The translations under genes and the position numbers were made by a program. From Octopus bimaculoides (lineage: Eukaryota): a stretch of DNA of 64,000 bases. Under the pieces are notes generated by a model. It was given only the letters and a program-made list of their open reading frames with translations, was not told where the DNA came from and searched no databases. Position 1 is the first letter of the stretch, and each line of letters begins with the position of its first letter. This document shows positions 39,563 to 52,400 of this stretch, piece by piece. The stretch is taken from positions 44,276,250 to 44,340,249 of the forward strand of contig NC_068991.1 of the NCBI RefSeq assembly GCF_001194135.2, given 5' to 3'.

Positions 39563-41689
39563 TGTATGTGTAGTAGCATTAAAAAATTGCTTATCATTAT
39601 TTGTACTTTATATCTCACACTTTGAATTAGGTTTAATGATACAGAATTTTTTGTATTAAAATATTAGCTTTAATAAAAGAATTGGAGGCCTGTATTTTGT
39701 TTGAGATCTAAACAAAGATTAGCTTCCTGTTATGTAAATTGAACCTAAGGGATAGACTTAAATTTATTTTTGGAAGTACAGTAACCACTGAAATTTCTAT
39801 TAGCAATTGTATATATTAGTTATGCTTTAGAATGGGTTTTGTTTTATGGATTTCCATTTACTTAAATTACTCCAAATTTTTTTTTTTATGAAAGATATGT
39901 TGGTAATAAGTTTGTGCATGTGTACTAAGGAACCATGTTGTAAATGTCTTTGTTGTTAATCATCTGAGGGTTGCTGTTTATTTGCTTATGTATTTCTGAA
40001 TACCCACTTTTATTTCAGCTACTGCAATTTGTTCCATGTTTTCTGTGTTTTTGTTTTTAATACATTGGTTAAAGTTTCTATGTGACTCAGATTATTTCTT
40101 ATTCTTAGCTAATGTTTTAGTTTTGAACTATCAAAATAATTTTATATAATTATTTTCCTTGCAAAAGTTTTATCATTTAAATGCATATTTCATATCTTTT
40201 AGTTGTCAGTTAGCCACAAAACAATTGTTTATCATCCATAGAAATAGGAAATTATTTGAAAGAACTATGTAGAAGATTCAATTTGCGCTTTAATGTTTGT
40301 TTTTTAGACTTTTTTTTTTGTAATACATCTTTCTGATTGTTTTTAACCCTAATTTCAATAATTTCAATTTGCTGATTTATTGGATTCTATTTCAATTTAT
40401 TCTTCATATTTAAAAAAAAAAAATTTTCAGTGTGTCTGTTGATTTTGTTTCATTGGGGCTAGGGTGTCAAAATAGATGCACCACTTTAATATTACCTTAT
40501 TCTTCACTCCTTACAAAGTCTGTTTAGCATTCCAATAGTGACAAAACCCTTTCTTTCAATATCAAGTTTTAAAATCAGTATTAGCTGATTTATTTAAAGA
40601 TAATTGATTTAGTATAAAATGTGAGCTATTTATGGAATGGTCTTGTTAGAATTTTAGACCTCTTCAATGAAAAAAGGGGAAAAAATTAAAAACACTATTC
40701 TTTCATGCCAACATAAGTCTTATTTTAACAGTGTAACTGTTATAAACTCTATAATTGTAAAACATTAAATAAATTTCTAACATTTTTTTATATTACAAAA
40801 ATTTTTTCTAAGAACAAAAGTCTTTTCTGTTAGTTTGCTAAATCACCTAAGATTATTTTAATAATTAAAGCATGGCATCTTTCTGTCTTAACACCAATAT
40901 CTTAAGCTTACCTGTTGTTTAACAGTTATAAGGCTTTAAGTAATTTTACTTGCAGCAATTTGATTTCAGGTTTCTTTAAATTGGTAACTTTGGGGTAAGT
41001 TACCAAATTGAGAAAGTTATTGATAGCAATTAATCACATGTGAATATTGAATCACAGTGATTTTTTTTTTTTAAATTCTACACATTTATCCCCTTAAATT
41101 ATTAGAATTGCAGTTATATTGTGGTTCTTCCCTCCTTATACATATTTTTAAATAGTAATAATCAATTGATTTCATGTAAAAAAACAAAAAGGAAAAGGAA
41201 AATTGAGACATTTTTAAAACTATAGATTTGTCTATTCTAAACAAATTTAATGTTTTTCAAATGTAATATGTAAAGCATTTGAGAAGTAAATAAACTGCTG
41301 CTTTAAATTACTTCATATTCTGGATTCTAGAGGTAGTCCAAACCAATACTTGTGAAAATGTTTCTATTTTGGGAACTTTTGTCTAAGCATATTTAATGTA
41401 TAACAATTTAGTTAATGTTCAATATGCTAATTATGCAATCTTGCTTTATGATAACCTTTAGAGATTGGTTTTTGAAATTTATTGGAATTTTTCTTGTATC
41501 TTAGCTTCTTACATAGATTTTTGGTTGTTATTTAGTTGAATCCTAGTGTTGACCTTAAAGAGTTTTAATTCTCTCTATCTCTACTTCTGTTCGCCTCCTC
41601 CATATCTCTCTCTCTCTCATTTGTGTGTGTATTTTTGTGTGAAAGAAAGACCCAAAGTGGGAGCAAAGAAAATTTCTTTGAAGTAAAAC

Positions 41690-42680
41690 AAAACAATCAT
41701 TGCATAGTTGGAGTGATTATACCTGCACTAAGTTTGTGGTGGCTGCATAGATGGTGAAGGAAATGTATGCAACCTGGACATTTCCTTATAGTATTAATGT
41801 TGTTTGACTTTGGTGAAAGGAACAGTGCTGTCAGAAAGTGCTGAACTCACTGCAGTCTCCAGTCCACAAATGATGAAGGCTGTATATTAAGTGTTTGTGT
41901 GTTACTGGGCAGAGAGGAAGGAACAGTGCCTCTACCCTCACAGGCCCCTCTCTGCAAACTCAGATTGATCCCATTAATGTTCTGCTTAAATTGTTGGAAG
42001 TCAACACCTGCACATGATCAAGGAAATTTGGCTGATTTGAAGTATGGTAATCTCAGGACACAAGTTTAGCATGTGGTCCTATGTGCAATAGTTGTAATGA
42101 AGCCAGTGGTTTCTGCACCTGATAGGTGTAGACAGTTATGGTTTAGCAGTGTCTAGGTTTTTAAGTGAGAAAGCAATCGAGTGTGTGGAATGTTTGCATG
42201 TCAGTTTGAAATGCAAGTACAGAATGAAACAAATTGATATGGAGAATTGTAAAAGATTAAATTTCTGCACTAACATCACCAGTATTGGATGACTTGCTAG
42301 AGTTACAAGGAGTTTTGAACATTGAAGCCATCAAAGACAATGACTTAGTGAACTGTATGTTCTCAATATAGGAGGAAATATAGTCAAAGGGTTCTGACAG
42401 TGGAAGAGGAAGTAGATGTATCTGGTAGAATGAGGGGAAGAGACTTTGAGCAAGATAGGAGTTGCCATTGCTGAAATTCAAGTGAGAGACAGATGAGTGA
42501 CCTAGTGAATGGAGTCTATATATGTATAGATAGTGTAGCATGGACTGCAGAGATAGATTGTAGAGGAGGGTTAAGAAATCTTTGTCGAGAAGAGAAACAG
42601 GGTGTGTGATTTGCATGCAAGAGGTGATGTATGGAATCTCTATTGGAGCAAAGTCCAATGATAGTTGTGGAAGGAAAAAT
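41690..42680 (-). mobile_element. Decayed CR1/Jockey-like LINE endonuclease region
   Basis: Minus ORF 42257-42658 (PLSEPFDYISSYIENIQFTKSLS...) resembles APE-domain sequence, with a degenerate PWFSPSCAAA-like segment near 41730-41780. Confidence 0.5.
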
Positions 42681-43053
42681 GAACTGAGGGTTAGAGTTTA
42701 GTTCATATTCTTGACGTCATAGGGAAGTGTAAAGGATGATGGTAGATGAATATTTTTACATGTATATGTATTTGCACATCTGTACAGACCAGAGCATGAT
42801 ATTTTTGAGGAAGTCTTTCTAGCAGATATTCATGAATGCAAGTTTGCCCTCTCCATACCACCAATGTTTATTCAAGGGAAAGGTCATAGACTATTGGCAA
42901 CACAGATTGGCTTCAATGTCATTGCAGGCAGTGCTATCAAGAACACAATGAGCCAGAATGCCACAAGCCTTTCTATCCAACACACTAACAACTTGGCCAA
43001 CTATCTCCCCACTTTCTCTCTCTTTGCTGGTGTGTGTGTTTATACATATATAA

Positions 43054-43335
43054 GTAGGTGCAACATGACCAAAAGGTTGATTTTGCTTGGCAATCATGAG
43101 GTCCAAGTTTCAATTCCTTTGCATGGCATCTTCAGCAAGTGCCATTTTCTGTAACCTCAGGCTGACCCATATCCTTTGAAATTGAGTAGATGGAAACTGT
43201 GTAAAAGCCTATTGAATGGATTATACCAATAATTCAAAGTTCTAGCCTTATCACTTTGTGTCGTGCTTGTTTCACCTGAGCATTACACTAAAAGTACATG
43301 TCTGTGGATAACTTAGCCACTCACACATGAATTTG
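43054..43335 (+). mobile_element. Diverged tRNA-derived SINE
   Basis: gtaggtgcaacatgacc...gtttcaattcc...gcatggcatcttcagcaagtg...gtagatggaaactg is colinear with the family head. The 3' part is the reverse complement of the 52190-52290 segment. Confidence 0.55.
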
Positions 43336-43559
43336 GTAATTCTTGTAAAATGACTACTCATGATCAGAAATTCTGCAAGCCATATATGTTTGAACATTAT
43401 CTTATCTATATATGCATTGATGTTTGATGTGTGTGCACATACACTGGCCTACAATAACTTTATAATGAATATAATAAAATGCAGTATTTAATAATGTATT
43501 GAATAATTGTTCAAAATAAATGAATATTATCTTGATATTTTGTAGACCCTTCTTTAGCT

Positions 43560-44330
43560 AATATGACTACTTTCACTATATTAGACATGGATTTGATTAA
43601 TTCATGTTTATCCACTCTTTCATCTGCTCACAACCTTCTGACAAAATGTGTTCTGTTGGATGAAGATCAAAGCTTTGAGCAGCCATTTAAAAGATTTGAT
43701 CATGCCAAGTTCCTTTCCAAGCTTGTGATGATTTGTTTCTATAGCATGAAACTCCATCTTCTTGAAAAAGATTTTTTTTTTGTTTATCAATTTCTACATT
43801 AGAAGAGATGGATAGTAGATACTTTTCAAGTATCTGACAGTGTATTTGGTCTTTCAAATGATTTCCAACAAAAATTAGATATAATCTACATATCATGCAA
43901 ACACCCTGCCCCCAGTTACTTGCACATTTTCGTGTTTGGTGGTCCTTGCAAACAATCTAGCTTCCATGCCTCAGTTTTGTTATGCCACACTTTATCTGCT
44001 TTGAATTGGAAAATTGGAATTTGCTCTTGTCAGAAGATCTTGTTGACGGCCAAATCTTCTCGTCTTTGTTGCAGAGCTTTTCAGCCCAGTTGAACCTTTT
44101 AGTCACATTAGCTTTTCAGTACTGTTCTTACACAGTTTGGGGACATGTCTGTATAGTCTGTGACACTGTTATACTTATAGAAGTTGCAAGTCAGTATTTA
44201 TTAATTTCCCTCTTAACCCTCCTTTTCTTCTCAGAAAGTTTCTGTGATTTCCCAGATCTCTTCTTCACTTGGAAATGCCATTTTTTAGTTCACCTCTTGA
44301 CTGTGCTATTAAAAGTTTGAGGATTGATAC
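43560..44330 (-). mobile_element. Tc1-like (DD34E) transposase remnant
   Basis: Minus strand reads LFQEDGVSCY (cf. FQQDNAPCH), AQSFDLHPTEHI (cf. QSPDLNPIENL) and an upstream VTGAGC...QILEKYLL. Confidence 0.75.
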
Positions 44331-46283
44331 AAAGGCTATTTTTCAAATTGACTGTTGCGCACATCAATACCAGCTAGTGATTTGCCCACATGTACATACA
44401 TGAATATCTTTTTTTCATGATGTTTTCATTGTTGGATTTTATCAAATTAAAGTTACAGTTAATCTAAAAATACTAATGCATTCTTTATCTTCTAAGAAAA
44501 GAGAGAGCATCTAAGTAGGAAAAATGAAAAATCAGCTTGTGGATAAAAGCTTTTTCAGAAGGCCACCGTGTATGCGTGTGTGTGTGCGTGTGTCTCTTGC
44601 ATCCATGCACACACTGATGCTCGTCTTGAAATGTCACCACCATTTCTCAATGAAAATTATGCAAATGCATCCCAGAGTGAAACATAAGCAAAACATACCA
44701 GGTCTGAAATCTTCTTGGGCTAAGTAAGACAAACATGAGTCAAGAGATGAAAGGTGTGAAGATGTATTAAGTAGGAGTATTAATGTGTGTTTACAAATCA
44801 CTTAGTTTGTGACCAGTAACAGGCTGTAAGACAGGAGTCGAACATAAAGATTAATTTATGATATACATAAAATGATCCCATCATCATCAATATAATGCAT
44901 AAAATATACGTAAAATAATTTCACCATCATCAATATAATGCACTTTTCCATGCAATCATTGGTCAGGGGAAATTGATGTAAATTTTCTACAGCCATATGC
45001 CCTTCCAGTGGCATATTACTCAGGAAACTGGGCTAAGAAGCACACTGCATTTACTCATAAGACAGCACATGTGAACTGTTGATCAAAAGTACATACAGCA
45101 TTAGTTTGGTTTACAATACTCTAATATGGGTCAGTAAAGGGAGAAAGGACGAGAAGGAAATGAAAATGAGAAGTGAGGAAGAAGTAGAAAAGGGAGAATA
45201 AAAGATAAAAGAAAAGATAAGCAAAAAGGGAAGGGGAAAGGGGAAAATGATGGGTATATGCATGGACATGTTCATACACACACGTGTATACAGAGATACA
45301 TATTCAGGTACAAGGGATGGCAGAGATAAGTATACAAACACATGCGCACATGCACATCCTTATTATATTTAGCCACCCTAGCACTCCAGCCTTGTATTGC
45401 CTGTTCAGAGGACATTGTAGATGACAGAAGATAGATATTGTACAGATTATGTAGTCTTTTAAGTGTTTATTCCTGTTTATTGTAAGTTAAAATCCTGTTT
45501 TGTCTTCTTTACTAGGGGATTTTCAAAATCCTTCTTTTGGAAGAATAGTCAGTTCAGTATTTCCTTGAATTTTTATATCATTAGTGTTTTCTTTCAATTT
45601 TGTTTCAAACTCTTACTTTTGGAAAAGGTTTCTTTTGTTCTTTGAGTTATTCGTATTTTATCTTTCTATTCTTTCTTTGGAAGATGGGTTTCCAGTTGTT
45701 GATATGTATAGTATTATTCTTATACTATCTTCCTTATGTTGACTTGTTTTTAGTAGATTTATGTTTTGTGTTTTATGGTAGTTGGATTTCTTTTGGTTTG
45801 AATTATTAATTTCTGTCCATTTTTCATTTTTTTATTATTTTTACATATAAGAATTTATGGGTTGTCACTCTTTGATTATTTCTTGAGCTAACTTGTAAAT
45901 TATTATGGAAGAAATTATGGTTTCTTCTGTTCTTGATAAGTTCTGTATTCTTCAGATTTTTGATTTCTAGTATTTTATTTGATTTTGTTCCTTATCTCTT
46001 TTTTTTTTTTTCAGAGATCTAAGTATTTTTCACTTGTTTTTTTTTTTCAGTCATTCAGTGATTTCTTTCTGCATTATGGCATTATATTTTGTGAATTTGT
46101 CTTTGACTTTAAGTACTTTAGTCACTGGAGAGTGATTTCTGCTTTGAATTTTTGAAGTGTGAGGTTTATTCTAATATATTTTCCTCCTTTAGTCGTGATT
46201 GTATATCCTTGACATAGAATTGACATGGAAAAATGACTTGTTCTCAGTTTTCCCATTTTATGTATGTATCTGTCAAATTTTCA

Positions 46284-46603
46284 TTTGTTTCAGTAATTAG
46301 ATTGCAGCCATGCTGGGGTATTGCCTTGAAGAACTTTTACTCAAATGAATTGACCCCAGTATTTATTTATTTTTAAGCCTGGTACTTGTTCTACAGTCTT
46401 TTTGTCAAACCACTGTGTTAAGGGGATGTAGACACACCAACACTTATTGATAAATGATGATGGGGAACAAATACAGAACCTTTCTCTCTCTCCCACACAC
46501 ACACAACAGACTTGTTTTAGTTCACTCAAGGCTTTGGTGAGACTGAAACCAGAACCATGTGATTAAGAAGTAAGTTTCTTACCACACAGCCATGCCTGCA
46601 CCT
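46284..46603 (-). mobile_element. CORE-type SINE, internally deleted
   Basis: Head ...cttaccacacagccatgcctgcacct and tail cagccatgctgggg...attgacccag...cctggtactt match the 50896 family in reverse complement. Confidence 0.7.
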
Positions 46604-48918
46604 ATATATATATATATATNNNNNNNNNNNNNNNNNNNNNNNNNNNNNNNNNNNNNNNNNNNNNNNNNNNNNNNNNNNNNNNNNNNNNNNNNNNNNNNNN
46701 NNNNNNNNNNNNNNNNNNNNNNNNNNNNNNNNNNNNNNNNNNNNNNNNNNNNNNNNNNNNNNNNNNNNNNNNNNNNNNNNNNNNNNNNNNNNNNNNNNNN
46801 NNNNNNNNNNNNNNNNNNNNNNNNNNNNNNNNNNNNNNNNNNNNNNNNNNNNNNNNNNNNNNNNNNNNNNNNNNNNNNNNNNNNNNNNNNNNNNNNNNNN
46901 NNNNNNNNNNNNNNNNNNNNNNNNNNNNNNNNNNNNNNNNNNNNNNNNNNNNNNNNNNNNNNNNNNNNNNNNNNNNNNNNNNNNNNNNNNNNNNNNNNNN
47001 NNNNNNNNNNNNNNNNNNNNNNNNNNNNNNNNNNNNNNNNNNNNNNNNNNNNNNNNNNNNNNNNNNNNNNNNNNNNNNNNNNNNNNNNNNNNNNNNNNNN
47101 NNNNNNNNNNNNNNNNNNNNNNNNNNNNNNNNNNNNNNNNNNNNNNNNNNNNNNNNNNNNNNNNNNNNNNNNNNNNNNNNNNNNNNNNNNNNNNNNNNNN
47201 NNNNNNNNNNNNNNNNNNNNNNNNNNNNNNNNNNNNNNNNNNNNNNNNNNNNNNNNNNNNNNNNNNNNNNNNNNNNNNNNNNNNATATATATATATATAT
47301 ATAATTAATCAGCAAAGCTGATGAATAATAGTTTAAAAATACACTCATGTTTTGAGTTTTGATTTTCTGTTTGTGTGTGTATACACACATAAATAGTATT
47401 AATAAAATACAGAAAATATATATGGTATTTTATTTCTTTATAAAATATACATGTCAAGATTACATAATTGCTTGATAAAACAATATAATTTCTTCAAGCT
47501 ACTTCGTCAGTGTTAAGCAAAAAATATAAAGAATAGTATTAAAAGTTCAATATATATTACTGTTATGCAAATTATCAAGAACATCAGTGGCACTGTATAG
47601 TAGGAGATAGACAAACAGATCACAGAAGTTCAAAGTCATGCCTTTTCGTTTCTAAGAATGTAAACATACACATTCTTACACACTTGCACCATTCCCAAAA
47701 TATACAATGGAAAGTGGAGAAAGAGAAAGAAGAGGACAACCACAGACTCTTGTAGGCAAGCCAGCTCAATCATCAAATACTCTAACAATAACAACAACAA
47801 CACCCCAAGGTGCCAGCCTAGTGACCATGACAGTGACCTTGTTAACAATAATAATAATGATAATGCTATTAACAGGAATGGCAACTACAGTTGCAACCTT
47901 CTTGTCATACATAAGTCAGGATCTGAGATGCTTGTAGTCAGCTAGTTGTCATGTTTATGGTTTCAGCTTCAAAGAAACTGCTTTTTGACAGACAGAGAAC
48001 ATAGATACAAATTTCCATAGAATATCCCTCTCCCTACCACTCACACATTAACGTCCTGTATGCTGTTCCTCATTCACTCATGCNNNNNNNNNNNNNNNNN
48101 NNNNNNNNNNNNNNNNNNNNNNNNNNNNNNNNNNNNNNNNNNNNNNNNNNNNNNNNNNNNNNNNNNNNNNNNNNNNNNNNNNNNNNNNNNNNNNNNNNNN
48201 NNNNNNNNNNNNNNNNNNNNNNNNNNNNNNNNNNNNNNNNNNNNNNNNNNNNNNNNNNNNNNNNNNNNNNNNNNNNNNNNNNNNNNNNNNNNNNNNNNNN
48301 NNNNNNNNNNNNNNNNNNNNNNNNNNNNNNNNNNNNNNNNNNNNNNNNNNNNNNNNNNNNNNNNNNNNNNNNNNNNNNNNNNNNNNNNNNNNNNNNNNNN
48401 NNNNNNNNNNNNNNNNNNNNNNNNNNNNNNNNNNNNNNNNNNNNNNNNNNNNNNNNNNNNNNNNNNNNNNNNNNNNNNNNNNNNNNNNNNNNNNNNNNNN
48501 NNNNNNNNNNNNNNNNNNNNNNNNNNNNNNNNNNNNNNNNNNNNNNNNNNNNNNNNNNNNNNNNNNNNNNNNNNNNNNNNNNNNNNNNNNNNNNNNNNNN
48601 NNNNNNNNNNNNNNNNNNNNNNNNNNNNNNNNNNNNNNNNNNNNNNNNNNNNNNNNNNNNNNNNNNNNNNNNNNNNNNNNNNNNNNNNNNNNNNNNNNNN
48701 NNNNNNNNNNNNNNNNNNNNNNNNNNNNNNNNNNNNNNNNNNNNNNNNNNNNNNNNNNNNNNNNNNNNNNNNNNNNNNNNNNNNNNNNNNNNNNNNNNNN
48801 NNNNNNNNNNNNNNNNNNNNNNNNNNNNNNNNNNNNNNNNNNNNNNNNNNNNNNNNNNNNNNNNNNNNNNNNNNNNNNNNNNNTACGTGTTTAGGTTTCT
48901 GTGCTTGCTTTCTTGTAG

Positions 48919-48921
48919 CAT
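48919..48921 (+). CDS. Candidate 3-nt microexon CAT (changes D to A-Y at the junction)
   Basis: Sequence gtttctgtgcttgctttcttgtag|CAT|gtaagt: two TGC motifs in the tract and a perfect donor hexamer. The upstream context falls in an N-gap. Confidence 0.3.
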
Positions 48922-49599
48922 GTAAGTTTGTAGATATTCACAAAATAGTAGTGTATTATCCAAATTTATTAATATAGGTCCATTCAGTCTTGTACATCCA
49001 TAGGCCTGTGCAGTTGACAGTTGTATGGGATGGAAAGTACATTCTGCAGAAAATGTATAATTTCATGCAATATGGTAAAGTGTTTCAGGCATTGTGCATA
49101 CTTGATTGGAAAGTGTTCAGGCCAGTGGCTACAACTTGTATCCAATATCATGTGCCTCGTACTACTAAAAATTTATTATTCTATGATGTTGCTAAACTCA
49201 TTACTGCTATAATCTGGTACTCCATGAAAATGTCAAACCAATCACATTCAGGGTGTATATACATGCCAACTCTTAAAGTTCTTTGGTGAATAGCCTTCAT
49301 TGGTTTTTCCAGATAATGTTTTAAACACATTGGATGAATTGAGGTGTCTTTACAGTATCTGAATTTATAGAATTATTTTTTTCTCTTTGACACAGTTGAG
49401 ACATTCATGCTAGAAGCTTCAAGTTTCATCCAAACTTTGTGCAACATTTAATTGGTTTGAAGAGAAAAATATACTGCTAACTGTCTTCAAATAGCCCTCA
49501 TACCCTTTGTATGTGTATGTTTGCATATATACATTACATGTAATAGAAGCAATATTAAATTAAAATAGTCATCTATGTATCTTAATGTAAATACATTGT

Positions 49600-50234
49600 T
49601 GAAAGGCAATGTACTGCAGCAATAATCCAGAGATAACATCTCTTATGGACATTAAAAGCACAATATATCTAAAGTAGATGAACATCATACCAGCAGTAGC
49701 TAGCAAGAAAACTGGACGCATTTCAGTGTTGTTGGGCCTTTTCAATGGTGTCCACTCACAGCTAACCATGTGTTTAATCAACATCAGTTGCCTCTGATGT
49801 ATAAGAAAATGGTGAAAAATACTCACTGGTATTGCAAATGATGGTCACCCAGCTGAATATAAATTCACGATATGCAATAGAAGCAGTGTCTCTGGATGAA
49901 TACCACAGTGTTTAAATTAAGTATGATACATAGATAGGTATTTAATACTACTTCTATTGCATGTAACAGATTTTTTTTATTCATCCAGGCAGTTATTCAC
50001 AATACTAGTGACTGTTTTTCTACATATTGGAGGTTGGCAATTCTTGTCTAAGCATATGACTGGCTGTGAATACATGCCATTGAGAAGGCCCATTGAGGTC
50101 AAAATGCATCTGGTGTTCTCACTGGCAGCTGTTGGGAACATTTTCATTTCCTTCTGTTATATACTGTTTTTAAATGTAGCACATCCATTAAAGATGTTAT
50201 CTCTGAGTGAATACCATAGTTTATTGCCTTTCAG
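49600..50234. repeat. Diverged inverted repeat, arms of about 250 nt
   Basis: Complementary blocks cagagataacatct (49628) / agatgttatctctg (50192), tgaaaggcaat (49600) / attgcctttca (50223) and tgggccttttcaatgg / ccattgagaaggccca. Confidence 0.8.
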
Positions 50235-50279
50235 CTAAGTGTTTGCATTAGGTATGATATACAGATGGCGGTGTGTGTC

Positions 50280-50417
50280 TCTCTCTCTCTCATATATATA
50301 TCTATATATATATATATATCTATATATATATATATCTATATATATATATATCTATATATATATATATCTATATATATATATATCTATATATATATATATC
50401 TATATATATATATATCT
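50280..50417. repeat. Compound (CT)/(TA) microsatellite with periodic TC interruptions
   Basis: Directly visible, running into a gap. Confidence 0.97.
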
Positions 50418-50820
50418 NNNNNNNNNNNNNNNNNNNNNNNNNNNNNNNNNNNNNNNNNNNNNNNNNNNNNNNNNNNNNNNNNNNNNNNNNNNNNNNNNNN
50501 NNNNNNNNNNNNNNNNNNNNNNNNNNNNNNNNNNNNNNNATATATATATATATAGATAGATATATGAGAGAGCGAGAGAATTTTAATAGTCAAAATATAT
50601 TTATCTTACAATTTCTCCAAAGTTCGTTTTGCATCTTCTCTGTCACACTTTATCTTAGTGTAAATATAAATTCCATGCATAATTTTGGTACTGTTGTTAA
50701 GACATGTATACTACAATATTCTCATCTGGTGTATTTTACAAATCTTTCAGCAAATATTGATTAGAGTTTCTTTTTCATTTTCCATGTGTGTGTTGTGAGA
50801 TCTGAATTGTTTGAAGTGAC

Positions 50821-50861
<41 letters not shown>

Positions 50862-50895
50862 CATCATCATTATTATCAATAATATTAATACACAT

Positions 50896-51350
50896 AGGTG
50901 CAGGAGTGGCTGTGTGGTAAGTAGCTTGCTTACCTACCACATGGTTCCGGGTTCAGTCCCACTGCGTGGCACCTTGGGCAAGTGTCTGCTGCTATAGCCT
51001 TGGGCCGNNNNNNNNNNCACTGCGTGGCACCTTGGGCAAGTGTCTGCTGCTATAGCCTTGGGCCGACCAAAGCCTTGTGAGTGGATTTGATAGACGGAAA
51101 CTGAAAGAAGCCCGCCGTATATATGTATATGTGTGTGTTTGTTTATTTGTCTGTGTTTGTCTCCCGGCAATATCACTTGACAACCGATGCTGGTGTGTTT
51201 ACGTCCCTGTAACTTAGCATTTGGCAAAAGGGGCCATTAGAATAAGTACTAGGCTTACAAAAGAATAAGTCCTGGGGTCGATTTGCTCCACTAAAGGCGG
51301 TGCTCCAGCATGGCCGCAGTCAAATGACTGAGACAAGTAAAATAAAGAGT
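50896..51350 (+). mobile_element. Young, near full-length CORE-type tRNA-derived SINE
   Basis: A box TGGCTGTGTGG, B box GGTTCAGTCCC, CORE block, internal (TA/TG) tract, 3' part ...taaaggcggtgctccagcatggccgcagtcaaatgactgagac. Confidence 0.9.
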
Positions 51351-52169
51351 ATAGTTATTTTTTTTGTTTTTGTGCGTACCTGTCGTGTGTGTCACACTTC
51401 AAAGGAAGGGGTAAAAAGATTGAAGGGAGAGGAACAAAGAAAAAGAGAAATAAAAGGTGTTAAGCAGAGGAGGTATACTTGGAGAGAGAGGGGGAGGGGC
51501 AAAAGCAGAGGAAGTGAGAGGCAAAGCAGCTAAGAGGAAGAAGTAAGAGGGAGGAGATTGATAGCGCTGAGAGGTAAGAGANNNNNNNNNNTAGAGGCAA
51601 GGAGACATAGAGAGGGGAGGGATAGGGTGAAGAGAGAGATAGAGTGAGGGAAGGGAAGGGGAAAATGATTTAGAGAGATAGAGTGAAGGAAGGGAGTGGA
51701 TAGAGAATAATATACAGAAAACACTGGAAAGCTTTTTTTTTTCAATGATATATGATAAAGGCGTTGAAAATATGGAAATTGCAAAAAAGAAATGTTGCCT
51801 ATCTTTCTATCTATCTGTCTGACAGGTATTCTGTCCCTGCTTCTCTCTAACACACACACTCTCTCTCCTTCTGTCTGTTTGTCTCTCTGTGGATGTTACT
51901 GTTACTTTTCTACAGTTGAAGGGAGAGGTAAAATGTTTGTCAATATTTTCAGAGTAGACTGATGCATACATTGAAAGAAAAGTAGGTACATAGATACATA
52001 CACACATTGTTAAATTAAAAGCAGGAGAGGAGAGGGACACAAAGGAAGTGAGTAGAGACAGTAGATACATAGATTGAAAGAAAAGTTGATACATAGATAT
52101 ATAGATACATTGTTAAATCAAAAACAAATAACTACAGCAAATATTGGATGTCATTTTCACTTTTCATTA

Positions 52170-52400
52170 CCGCACAAGGATAAAATTGACTTCCAAATGG
52201 CTGAGTACTCCACAGACATGCATACCATAAAGTAGTTCTCAGGGAGATTCAGCCTCACACAGAATGTGTCATGGTTGGCCCCTTTGAATTACAGCTATAA
52301 TTCATTTTTGCTAGCTGAGTGGACTTCAGCAACATGGGAGTACCTTGCTCAAGAACACAGTGCACTGCCAGGAATGGTATTCATGACTTCACAATCTTAA
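52170..52400 (-). mobile_element. SINE fragment of a second family
   Basis: gctagctgagtggact...ccttgctcaagaacacagtgc resembles a reverse-strand SINE central domain and shares ctgagtactccacagacatg with 43300-43320. Confidence 0.5.

Noticed and set aside
50896-50970. tRNA-like heads (also at 2480-2550, 7620-7681, 12029 and 17456) as tRNA genes
   Set aside because: They carry A and B boxes but continue into CORE-like and tail sequence and are dispersed and diverged, so they are SINEs.
50959-51066. Tandem duplication within the SINE CORE block
   Set aside because: The copies flank a 10-N gap, so this is an assembly overlap artefact.
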